A DNA stretch of 64,000 bases from Octopus sinensis (Eukaryota). Numbering within the stretch: position 1 is the stretch's first letter; every line of letters starts with the position of its first letter. The position numbers were made by a program, and so were the translations under genes. Shown here one piece after another: positions 53,070 through 64,000 of this stretch. The stretch is taken from contig NC_043021.1 in assembly GCF_006345805.1 (NCBI RefSeq), forward strand, positions 3,658,001-3,722,000, in the 5' to 3' direction. A model generated the notes under the pieces. It saw only the letters and a program-made list of their open reading frames with translations, made no database searches and had not been told where the DNA came from.

Positions 53070-53296
53070 TTATGTGTGTGTATATGTTTGTGTGTCGTGT
53101 TTGTTCCCCTAGCATTGCTTGACAACTGATGCTGGTGTGTTTACATTCCCGTCCCTTAGCGGTTCGGCAAAAGAGACCGATAGAATAAGTACTGGGCTTA
53201 CAAAAGAATAAGTCCCGGGGTCAATTTGCTCGGCTAAAAGTCGGTGCTCCAGCATGGTCGCAGTCAAATGACTGAAACAAGTAAAAGAGTAAAGAG
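52627..53296 (+). mobile_element. SINE-A interrupted in its microsatellite by an inverted-repeat hammerhead cassette (52840-53034)
   Basis: Head 52627-52810, (TA)n, insert, (TA)n, tail 53090-53296. Confidence 0.88.
52967..53017 (+). ncRNA. Type I hammerhead ribozyme motif with all three stems
   Basis: GGCTTC-CTGATGA(52973-52979)-T.TTC-TTTT-GAA.T-GAA-ACAG-TTCTAGTC-CTGT-A-GAAGCT: stem I 5 bp plus G.U, stem II 3 bp with U.U closing pair, stem III 4 bp, GUA triplet at 53009-53011. Confidence 0.7.
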
Positions 53297-53685
53297 ATGA
53301 AATTGCATTTATCCTTCCCTTCCTAAACAGCCACACGATTACTCCCAAACTTGCATCGAATGCACAAAAACAAGGCTCAGAAACAAAGTAAACACCTACC
53401 AGATCCATCATCTGCTGCCTGCAATAACAGGTTGACCAGTGGCAAATGCTGAACAAACTGTAACATCTTCTCCAGTAATTACGGTTCGGTTTAAAAATCA
53501 ATGTTGCTATCGTTAAGAACGTTTAGACTATCATGTTCATAAGAGCAGCGACATGGACTGCACTTTGATCTTAAACAAAACCACTAAAAGTAACATACAC
53601 CACCACCAACAACAACAACAACCTGGCACAACACACATATCACACACTAATGACATAGTAAAGGAAAAAAAGCAAAATATTTCAC

Positions 53686-54297
53686 AGGAGTGGTTTTGTG
53701 GTAAGTAGCTTGCTTACCAACCACATGGTTTCATGTTTAGTCCCACTGCATGGCACCTTGGCCATGTGTCTTCTACTATAGCTTCTGGCCAACCAAAGCC
53801 GTGTGAGTGAATTTGACAGACAGAAACTGAAAGAAGCCTGTCGTGTATGTGTTTACATATATATAACCGTTGGCGATTTTTTTCCCTCCGTCTTCCCTTC
53901 TCTGGATCTTTCCTTTTCCTATGTTTCTGACGAAGAGCTCCGCTTGAAACGTTAAATCCTCCTTCTTCCCTTCCTTCTTAAGCGTCCAATAATACTATAC
54001 TTGTTCCACGTCCTCGCGTTGTTGTGTTTTCTCTTTGTGTTTTCATGTTTGGATTAACTTTATATATATATATATGCATTGTGTGGTTATGTTTGTGTGT
54101 CTGTGTTTGTCCCTCAACATCACTTGACAACCGATGCTGGTGTGCTTTTGTCCCCGTAACTTAGTGGTTCAGCAAAAGAGACTGATTGAATAAGTACTAG
54201 GCTTACAAAGAATAAGTCCTGGGGTCGGTTTGCTCGACTAAAGGTGGTGCTCCAGCATTGCCACAGTCAAATGACTGAGACAAGTAAAAGAGTAAAC
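53686..54297 (+). mobile_element. SINE-A interrupted in its microsatellite by a hammerhead cassette (53865-54058)
   Basis: Head 53686-53845, insert flanked by (TA)n, tail 54090-54297. Confidence 0.85.
53923..53957 (+). ncRNA. Minimal type I hammerhead motif with palindromic ACGT stem III (dimer-dependent type)
   Basis: GTTT-CTGACGA(53927-53933)-A-GAGC-TCC-GCTT-GAA-ACGT-T-AAAT; extra A after A9; stem III has no loop. Confidence 0.5.
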
Positions 54298-54629
54298 TTA
54301 CTTAAAGCGACTGGCCAAGAGAAACAAACAACTCTGATATACAAACGACAACTAAGATCCCTCATGGATTACGTCAGTCTTGTCTCAGTTCACCCCACTC
54401 AATCTTTCCACAAGTTACAGTAGGATACAAAACCCCACCAAAAACTCTACAACATTGCAGTTTACAGTCCATACCCAGAGGCCATCTACATTACAAAACT
54501 AAAGAACTAAAAGTGAAAGACTACTTTGAAATGCAAAGCACACTGTTCGTCGCTGAAGTAAACTCCAATCATCCTAAGCTTTGCCGAAACATAACGAAAA
54601 AAAAGTCACCTCCAAACACCTAGACATAT

Positions 54630-54850
54630 ATATTTCTTTACTGCTCACAAGGGGCTAAACAGAGGGGACAAACAAGGACAGACAAACTGATTAAGTCGAT
54701 TACATCGACCCCAGTGCGAAACTGGTACTTTATTTATCTACCCCGAAAGGATGAAAGGCAAAGTCGACCTCGGCGGAATTTGAACTCAGAATGTAACGAC
54801 AGATGAAATACCGTTAAGCATTTCGCCCGGGCACTAACGTTTCTGCCAGC
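54630..54850 (-). mobile_element. SINE type D
   Basis: Reverse complement of 56485-56705. Confidence 0.82.
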
Positions 54851-55559
54851 TAGACATATAACACACACACACAGCTGCGACAAACTTTGTGCTTGAGCTG
54901 GGTATGCAATGTTCTGGCACAGCTGTCTTGGTGTCACTGATTCAACATTGAATTATTTGCCATCAGACATTTTAATGCTACTCTCATGTCCTCTCTCTGT
55001 TTTGTAAATAGGCCTCTAGTTATGTTTGTATGTAAATGTAATCTCTCTCTCTCTCTCTCTAGCTTTCTATCTGCAATTGCATATTCCTGCATGTGTGCAC
55101 ATGCATTCAGCGTCCAAAATGCACTGTCATCAAAATGGATTGAATGTCCAGTTGACCATGCTGATGCATCCAAACAGCTATGCCCACTCGGCCCCTTCCT
55201 AGCTGAAATGCTGTTGATCATGGGTCTGCTCCTCAATCAATTACAGTTGACCTGAGGTTAAAGGTAAAAATAAAAAAAAAATTAAAAAAAAGAACCAACA
55301 ACAATACATAACGTGTTGGTGGTGGCGTTGGAGACAGTAAACTGTGTCATCTGAAATAAGAACTTACTGTTCTGTAACTTAAACCTCCATGACACAGTAA
55401 ACAGCTGAGATCTCTTTCATACCAAGCAGTATTTTGACCTTACTTTGGATTGTGTTGACATGACCTTTGACATTCTATATCACTATTTAATTCAGTCACT
55501 GATACAGAGTTACATGCCAGACATTTGTACCAGATTTCTAATGTATCAATACAAACTTC

Positions 55560-56103
55560 TAAAATCAAAATCAAAAATCGATCAACATCGATAGAAATTG
55601 TAGCTGTGATACCAGTGCAGGTGGCACGTAAGAGAACCATCCGATCGTGGCCGTAGCCAGTGCCGCCCCGACTGGCCTCCGTGCCAGTGACACGTAAAAA
55701 GCACCATCCGATCGTGGCCGTTGCCAGCCTCCGTGCCAGTGGCATGTAAAAAGCACCATCCGATTGTGGCCATTGCCAGCCTCGCCTGGCCTCCGTGCCA
55801 GTGCCACATAAAAAGCACCATTCGATCGTGGCCATTTGCCAGCCTCATCTGGCACCTATGCCGGTGGCACGTAAAAAGCACCATTCGATCGTGGCCGTTG
55901 CCAGCCTCGCCTGGCACCTGTGCAGGTGGCACGTAAAAAGCACCCACTACACTCACGGAGTGGTTGGCGTTAGGAAGGGCATCCAGCCGTAGAAACATTG
56001 CCAGATCAGACTGGGCCTAGTACAGCCTTCTGGCTTCCCAGACCCCAGTTGAACCGTCCAACCCATGCCAGCATGGAAAGCGGACGCTAAACGATGATGA
56101 TGA
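55560..56103 (+). mobile_element. SINE type C with five internal units of 52-67 bp
   Basis: Repeated GTGCC.GTGGCACGTAAAAAGCACCAT.CGATCGTGGCC; core and (GAT)n tail. Confidence 0.88.
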
Positions 56104-56484
56104 TAGCCAGATGCCCTTCCTACCACCAATGTTCACATGTTTTCAGTAAAGTAATATTTCCACATGGCCAGACAGGTTTTACATGGAAGACTGGAAACAA
56201 GGATGCGCATTTACAGCTATCATGTGATGACCAAGATAAAGGTACATGCGAAAACATACACACACAGAGAGGCTTCTTTCAGTTTCTATCTACCAAATGC
56301 ACTCACAAAGCTTTTGATTAGACTGAGTCTATAGTAGAAGGCTCAAGATGCTACACAGTGGGATTGAACCCAAGACCACATTGTGTGATTGCAGTAAATG
56401 AATGTCATTTATTTCAATATTCTGCATAAAGATGTCTGGCCATGGGGAAATAATACTTTGTTTGGAAATATGGTATGGGTTGAT

Positions 56485-56705
56485 GCAGAAACGTTAGCAT
56501 GTCGGGCGAAATGCTTAGCGGTATTTCGTCTGCGTTACGTTGTGAGTTCAAATTCCGCCGAGGTCGACTTTGCCTTTCATCCTTTCGGGGTCGATAAATT
56601 AAGTACCAGTTACGCACTGGGGTCGATGTAATCGACTTAATACCTATGTCTGTCCTTGTTTGTCCCCTCTGTGTTTAGCCCCTTGTGGGTAATAAAGAAA
56701 TAGGT
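56485..56705 (+). mobile_element. SINE type D
   Basis: CAGAAACGTTAGC...GAGTTCAAATTCCGCCGAGGTCGACTTTGCCTTTCATCCTTTCGGGGTCGATAAATTAAGTACCAG. Confidence 0.82.
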
Positions 56706-57089
56706 ATGGGTGGGTGACAAGAAGGGCACTTGGCCATAGAAAGATTACTGAGGCAGACCTCAGTAAACTCAGCAACATGATAATGAGGACGATTCTCACA
56801 GACCCCAGACTCAAAAGGTCTCTCTCTCTCTCTCCCTCTACTCAGTAAGCCAAGTTTATTAACAACAAATTCATTTTCCCCAGTTTCATCTCTCAACTGA
56901 GTGATGCAACTGAATAATTAGACATTTTACGCTGTAGGCTTTTAAAATTTTGAACACAGCTCTCAGACAATACTAATTCTGTGGACTCTGCCACGACCAC
57001 CACCACCACATGCCAGGGGTTTGCAGACTCCAGGCTAGGAACTTCTGTCATAGTGTCCCCCTTACTGCTTTGAAACTGTTGCTGGTTGC

Positions 57090-57317
57090 TTAACCCTTTA
57101 GTATTTAAACCGGCCATATCCGGCCAAAAGTATTCTACCTGTTTTATGTTCAAACTGGCCAGATCCAGGCTCTCACACCTACCCTACAATGTTATTCTAC
57201 ATTAGGTAATTACACCATCAAGATCTTGAAGATATGAGATAATGCATGATTAATTCGAATCAATGGGAATCAATAGGCATTATGTTTGATAGAATAATCT
57301 GAACACTAAAGGGTTAA
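57090..57317. mobile_element. piggyBac-like MITE, subfamily 2
   Basis: TTAACCCTTTAG...CTAAAGGGTTAA. Confidence 0.75.
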
Positions 57318-57507
57318 CAAAGCAAAAATATCAGCAGCAGATTACCCAAAAGAACTGTTTTTCTAAGATCTTTATATTTCTGTTAGCATTGGCAGATATC
57401 TCCTTTTTTGTATCAAGACGGCCACTTTAACTGGTTCTGCTACCGAAGAAGACTGATGAAGCCACCAACAGTTCTAAGAAAAAGAAAAACAAAAGAAAAA
57501 CCTGCAA

Positions 57508-57900
57508 CAGGCGCAGGAGTGGCTGTGTGGTAAGTAGCTTGCTTACCAACCACATGGTCCCGGGTTCAGTCCCACTGCGTGGCACCATGGGCAAGTGTCT
57601 TCTACTATAGCCTCGGGTCGACCAAAGCCTTGTGAGTGGATTTGGTAGACGGAAAACTGAAAGAAGCCCGTCGTATATATGTGTATATATATGTTTGTGT
57701 GTCTTTGTCTCCCCAACATCGCTTGACAACCGAGGCTGGTGTCTTTACATCCCCGTAACTTAGCGGTTTGGCAAAATAGACCGATAGAATAAGTACTAGG
57801 CTTACAAAGAATAAGTCCCGGGGTCGAGTTGCTCGACTAAAGGCGGTGCTCCAGCATGGCCGCAGTCCAATGACTGAGACAAGTAAAAGAGAAAGAGAGT
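57508..57900 (+). mobile_element. SINE-A, full length
   Basis: Same structure as the other SINE-A copies. Confidence 0.9.
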
Positions 57901-58479
57901 AACAGAATTCTGAGGTTGCATACAAATGGGTTAATTCAAAACACACACACACAGAGTATTTGTCTAAATTAAATGTCAACACATCAATTTTAGAATGTGA
58001 ATCAGTGTGAGACTTGGTTGTCATTACGAATAAGAGACACATCTCTTTCAGACCCTATTTCAGACCCTATTTATCTTTCAGACCCTATTTCAATATCTTC
58101 TGCCTTAAGTCATGGGTTCAAACACATTGCTGACATTTTGCTTTTTTGTGGGTCAAAAATCTGTCCCCGCCTATCTAGCTGTTGTCAATAGGTTTGGGGA
58201 AAGAGTGTTGGGGGGGGGGGGCATTACTTTGTGTAGATTGGTCTCCAGTCCAGAGCTGGCACAACAGGGAGCTGCACGACGTTCCAGTCTAACTTGGCGC
58301 AGTTTCTACAGCTGGATGCCCTTCCAAACATCACCCACTTTACAGTATGCGAGGCGCTTTTATGAGGCACCACACAGACACTTTTATGTGGCACCATATG
58401 GGTACTTTTACGTGGCACCGGACATGCGCTTTTAAATGGCACCACATGGGCACTTCACACCACCAGAGGGACCGGTCTT

Positions 58480-58810
58480 AACACTTCTGCTGTGGAGTAC
58501 AGGCCTTCTTGAGTACAGCAAGGTGCCAGGTATCTCGGTCCTTTGTCATCTTGCCAGAAAGGTTCAGCATCCCGAGGTCCTTCTTCAGTACTTCATTCCA
58601 TGTCTTCCTGGATCTTCCACTTTCACATGTTCCATCTACTTTGAGAGGTCAGCACTTCTTTATGGACATGTTGGCATCCATCCACTTCTCTCTTGCACAC
58701 AGCAACTAAATTCTTATACCCAAATTTCTCTCTCAAAAGTAGTACTCTGTCAAACATGTACACTTACGTTACACATCCAGCGGAGCATACTAACCTCATT
58801 CCTTTCATGT
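58480..58810 (-). mobile_element. RTE LINE 3' end fragment
   Basis: Minus strand ESGRSRKTWNEVLKKDLGMLNLSGKMTKDRDTWHLAVLKKA. Confidence 0.7.
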
Positions 58811-58930
58811 CCTCAGCAAGAGCATCCAGCTGTAAAAATTATGCCAAAACAGACAGCAAAGCCTGATGCAGTCATCTGGCTTCCCAGATCCTGTCAAACT
58901 GTCCAAATGCCTGCATGGAAAACACAGACG

Positions 58931-59159
58931 TTAACCCTTTCATTACTAACCCGGTCAAAACCGGCTCTGGCTTTGTAGTACAAATGTCTTGTTTTCTTAA
59001 GTTTTGAATTAAAATTTTCCACCAAACCTTAGTCACAACTTATGTTACTAACACTAGCTTAATGATAACTAAGTTATTTTACTAAATTCTTTGTTATATT
59101 TAAAATAATTGAAAGAAACACAGAGCATCTCAAAATAAATATGGTAACGAAAGGGTTAA
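58931..59159. mobile_element. piggyBac-like MITE, subfamily 1
   Basis: TTAA TSDs; reverse complement of 17967-18196. Confidence 0.75.
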
Positions 59160-60221
59160 ATGGTGATGATGATGATGATATGCACCTGAAGATGTGTATG
59201 TTCATGATGGCTGTTTCCTCATTACACACAGATGACCATCACTGAAAGGACTTTGAATGTACCAAGGAATGCCAGTATGCAGACAGTTGGAGCTTGGGCA
59301 GCTCTTTGACCAACTCATGCCAACATGGGAAACTGGACATTAAATGATAATGATGATGGTGTGTGTGTGTGTGTGTGTTTGTGTATGTGTGTGTACACAC
59401 AACAGATTTCTTTCAGTTTCCATCTACCAGATCTACTCACAAGGCATTGGTCGGCAGGCTGAGATTATAGCAACAGACACCTGCCCAAGGTACCATGGCA
59501 ATGGGACTGAACCTGGAACCATGTGGTTGGAAAGGAAGCTTCCTACCACACAACCATGTTGGTGCCTATATGCATGTCAACATATATGTCCATATATCTA
59601 TACATACCAATATGCACATACATATACTCAACACATACACGCAAGCATATATGTATACGCATGTATATATATATACATGTGTGTGTGTATATGTACATGT
59701 GTATTTGTACTGTCATCATTTGCTTTTCCATGCTTGCATGGGTCAGACAGAATATGCATGTACTAGTATATTTATGGAGATGTACTTGCATAGCAAGTGA
59801 TTTGATCTGAAATCGTGTACTGAAATGAAAACAATTGCAGCGTGGAAGGTGTTTATAAGCCATTTCAGAAACACACAAAAGCCGTTCGATTCACTTCAAC
59901 ATTTAAGTTTAATTTGTCAAAATATTTTCGTTGCTTTAAGACCGCGACCTGTTCACTGACAAAAATCCGTGGTGTGTGGGTGTGTATGTGTGTGTATGTA
60001 TATATTATTGCAAGTATATAAATACCTCTTAAAGGGATGTTAGCATCCAAGTTCCCCGGTTTTATCCTGTGTATCAGTGAAATACTAAAAAGATCTTTGC
60101 TTCTCATCAATGCCAATGGATATATTATCATTTATGTATAAGAAAAGATAATGGAGAAATCAACAGACAGACATCAATTTATTAACACAAATCCAATTTC
60201 AAATAATCTCTTTCCTTGTAT

Positions 60222-60610
60222 TCTTTTACTCTTTTACTTGTTTCAGTCATTTGACTGTGGCCATGCAGGAGCACTGCCTTTAGTCGAGTAAATCGATCCC
60301 AGGACTTATTCTTTGTAAGCCTAGTACTTAGTCTATCAGCCCATTTTGCTGAAATGCTAAGTTACAGGGACGTAAACACAACAGCATCGGTTGTCAAGCG
60401 ATGTTAGGGGGACAAACACAGACACACAAACATATAGACACACACATACATACATATACATATGACGGGCTCCTTTCAGTTTCTGTCAACCAAATCCACT
60501 TACAAGGCCAAAGGCTATAGTAGAAGACACTCGCCCAAGGTGCCACACAGTGGTACTGAACCCAGAACCATGTGGTTGGTAAGGAAGCTACTTACCACAC
60601 AGCCACTCCT
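60222..60610 (-). mobile_element. SINE-A
   Basis: Same structure as the other SINE-A copies, with a small head deletion. Confidence 0.85.
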
Positions 60611-60979
60611 GAGCTCATTATATAACTTCCATTCAACTGTCACCAAGCTTAGGTAGGTTTCAGTTGAATGAATCAACCGAATTACTTAGTTTTAGTCTTT
60701 CTTGAACCTGGTATTTACTTTTATTGGTCTCTTTTACCAAACCACTAAACTGCAAGATTACCAGTTCTGGTTGTCAAGGGTAGTGGACGGACGGACGGAC
60801 GGACACACACATATTTAGTCAATGGGCATCTTTCAACTCCTGTCAGCTGAATCTACTTAAAAGGCTTTGGTTGGCCTGGGGTTATAATAGAAGACATCCT
60901 AAGTACCATGCAGTGGATCTGAACCCATAACCATGTGGTTGGAAGCAAAGTGCTAATCATCACATACACTATATATATA

Positions 60980-61193
60980 TACTCTTTTACTTGTTTCAGT
61001 CATTTGACTGCAGCCTTGCTGGAGCACCGCCTTTAATCGAGCAACTCGATCCCGGGACTTATTCTTTTGTAAGCCTAGTACTTATTCTATCGGTCTCTTT
61101 TGCCGAACCGCTAAGTTACGGGGGACATAAACACACCAGCATCGGTTGTCAAGCAATGCGAGGGGGACAAACACAGACACACAAACATACACG

Positions 61194-61238
<45 letters not shown>

Positions 61239-61371
61239 GACGGGCTTCTTTTCAGTTTCCGTCTACCAAATCCACTAGAAGACACTTGCCCAAGGTGCCA
61301 CGCAGTGGGACTGAACCCGGAACCATGTGGTTGGTAAACAAGCTACTTACCACACAGCCACTCCTGCGCCT
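60980..61371 (-). mobile_element. SINE-A
   Basis: Same structure as the other SINE-A copies. Confidence 0.88.
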
Positions 61372-61849
61372 ATATATATATATATATATATATATATGTA
61401 AAAAAATACAAACTGGGACAAGAACGTAAAACATTTAGGAGACGATACTAAAAACACGGACGGGACATTCGAAGCCTTCCATCTTCAGTCAAGAACCGGA
61501 TCATCCTCGCAATTTCGGCTGATTAATCTTGAGATTGCTCCGATCTGGCCAGCCCCAAAGGAAATATATATATATATATATAATGAGCACACATGCGTGT
61601 GTGTGTTGTGCGTGCGTTTACGGATGTGAACATATTCCTTCAACCATTAGTCAGCGATTCCGCGATGATGGAAGGTTAATATTCTTCTTTCTCCCTATTT
61701 CTGATGCCGAACAAGAGTGCAAATATATATTAGCTGGTGGCGGCGGCGGTAGTGTAGGTGGGTTTAGGCGGCGACGGCATGCCTGATTTGCAGGTTGTTT
61801 CTCGCAGATGAGGAAAATCCTTTTGTTCATGAGCACGCGCACAATATAT

Positions 61850-62208
61850 ATACACATATATATATACATATACCAAATTTTTTACATCAATAACCAGGGG
61901 TAATGAGTCAGTTACGATACTCCAGCAATACGGCTACTAGTAACATCATTAGCATCATAAACATCACCAATACTACTACCACCGCTTAACACCATCATCA
62001 TCATCATCGTCGTCTTCGTCTTCAGTTCTTCCGTAACCATTATCGCAATCGCGACTGTGACTACCATCACTGCACCCAGCACCGCTTATTCATCATCCCA
62101 CATCCATCGTCACAATTACGATTGATCCTTGCAGCGAATGAATAACCGTAGCACCCACCCCTAACGATTTCCACGGCTCTTGCATCATTATCTAGCAATA
62201 AAACCGAT

Positions 62209-62257
<49 letters not shown>

Positions 62258-62657
62258 TATCTATATATATATATATATATATCTGACTACCTTTTGACAA
62301 ACCAATGGAGATCACAAGAGTGGAATTTAATCCAACGAAGCAAAAGGTGCAGCCATGTATTTTAGGGGCTGAAAAAATTCAGACAGGGGATTATAGCTGC
62401 AATATAATAAACTCTGACTTACTCCTTTTTGTCCCTTCCGTTTTGCACAAGCAAAAATGTAAGCTAACCATGGCTTAGTCAAGCAATTTTAAGGAATAAT
62501 AAATGGTAATTTCTCTAGTAATATTATTATTATTTCATTTGCTACACAGCTAAAGAACAAGGCAAAATTCTAATTGATGCAAGCAAAATGCCGACGTACA
62601 GGGTGTGGTAAACGTATATAACCATAAAAAAAAAAATTATGTATAACTACACACACA

Positions 62658-62702
<45 letters not shown>

Positions 62703-63063
62703 TATACACATATATATATACATATACCAAATTTTTTACATCAATAACCAGGGGTAATGAGTCAGTTACGATACTCCAGCAATACGGCTACTAGTAACAT
62801 CATTAGCATCATAAACATCACCAATACTACTACCACCGCTTAACACCATCATCATCATCATCATCGTCGTCTTCGTCTTCAGTTCTTCCGTAACCATTAT
62901 CGCAATCGCGACTGTGACTACCATCACTGCACCCAGCACCGCTTATTCATCATCCCACATCCATCGTCACAATTACGATTGATCCTTGCAGCGAATGAAT
63001 AACCGTAGCACCCACCCCTAACGATTTCCACGGCTCTTGCATCATTATCTAGCAATAAAACCG

Positions 63064-63121
<58 letters not shown>

Positions 63122-63511
63122 ATATATATATATATATATCTGACTACCTTTTGACAAACCAATGGAGATCACAAGAGTGGAATTTAATCCAACGAAGCAA
63201 AAGGTGCAGCCATGTATTTTAGGGGCTGAAAAAATTCAGACAGGGGATTATAGCTGCAATATAATAAACTCTGACTTACTCCCTTTTTGTCCCTTCCGTT
63301 TTGCACAAGCAAAAATGTAAGCTAACCATGGCTTAGTCAAGCAAATTTTAAGGAATAATAAATGGTAATTTCTCTAGTAATATTATTATTATTTCATTTG
63401 CTACACAGCTAAAGAACAAGGCAAAATTCTAATTGATGCAAGCAAAATGCCGACGTACAGGGTGTGGTAAACGTATATAACCATAAAAAAAAATTATGTA
63501 TAACTACACAC

Positions 63512-63543
<32 letters not shown>

Positions 63544-63545
63544 TA
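61850..63545. repeat. Tandem duplication of an ~855-bp unit (two copies)
   Basis: TACCAAATTTTTTACATC at 61871 and 62725; the differences I could see are in microsatellite or homopolymer lengths. Confidence 0.9.
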
Positions 63546-63828
63546 TATACGGATGCATGCACTCTCGAGAAAAAGTAATAAAAAAAATGATAATTTTCGA
63601 TGCAGATGATTTATTCATTGTTGTCTTTATATGCATTCCTACTTTAGGGAAAAGCGAATGCACCGAGTCTTCTTCTTTGAGGTTATCAAAGAGAGAGATG
63701 GAGAAGATGGAGAGGGAGTTCCCTGATGCGAAGGTTGGAGGAAATGGCAAAAAAGTAATATCTGCATTATAAGAAGTCCACCACAGAATTACATAAAAAA
63801 CAAATTAACAGAACAGAACACAATATAT

Positions 63829-63881
<53 letters not shown>

Positions 63882-64000
63882 TAAAACGGTAAGATAACAA
63901 AAGAAAGAAAGAGACCTCAATATTATGTAAATAGAGGAAATTTATCTATACAATAATATGTTACATTACTCGGTAGTCAAGATAAAACTCTGAGTTTCAG

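Larger units (their letters stand above)
49960..54620 (+). mobile_element. Scattered remnants of an old I-clade-like LINE (about 49960-50570, 51400-51740, 53295-53680, 54298-54620) broken up by SINEs and MITEs
   Basis: 51.4 kb: SHGFRPQH...DIILITSDISKAF (RT motifs); 54.3 kb: RSLMDY...KELKVKDYFEMQS (post-RT region); C/A-rich sense strand; the endonuclease-like piece at 50.1 kb is weak. Confidence 0.55.

Noticed and set aside
54934-55250. Strong minus-strand acceptor near 55247 and a 100-aa ORF
   Set aside because: All three frames stop shortly after the acceptor; the ORF runs through a (GA)n tract with no recognisable domain
61399-61563. Hammerhead in this (TA)n-flanked cassette
   Set aside because: Minus-strand CTCAAGA...GAAATT and CTGAAGA...GAATGTC motifs cannot form the three stems with an intact core
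63511-63772. Overlapping ORFs on both strands near the window end
   Set aside because: Only a vague resemblance to a Calx-beta-like pattern; weak splice sites; unsupported

Overview
AT-rich eukaryotic non-coding DNA, most likely a cephalopod (Octopus-like) intronic or intergenic region. The organism is inferred from the repeat content and was not checked by search. No intact protein-coding gene is supported: almost every ORF in the supplied track is a translation of a SINE copy or a microsatellite. The window is dominated by about 30 full or partial copies of one ~400-bp tRNA-headed SINE with an internal (CA)/(TA) microsatellite (SINE-A), plus at least four other SINE types (my labels B-E). 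It also holds decayed LINE pieces (RTE, RTEX-like, L1/Tx1-like, I-like, Penelope-like), Tc1/mariner, piggyBac-like and hAT-like DNA-transposon remnants or MITEs, very long compound microsatellites and an ~850-bp tandem duplication near the end. The most interesting signal is a set of short cassettes inserted into (TA)n tracts, several inside the SINE-A microsatellite, that fold into minimal type I hammerhead ribozymes. Two of them sit in near-perfect 62-76-bp inverted repeats resembling inverted Penelope pseudo-LTRs. A weak, low-confidence trail of minus-strand exon-like segments (about 12191-12309, 10096-10161, 4858-4926) lies below a CCAAT/CRE/GC-box cluster at about 12.3 kb. Coordinates of decayed repeats are approximate.
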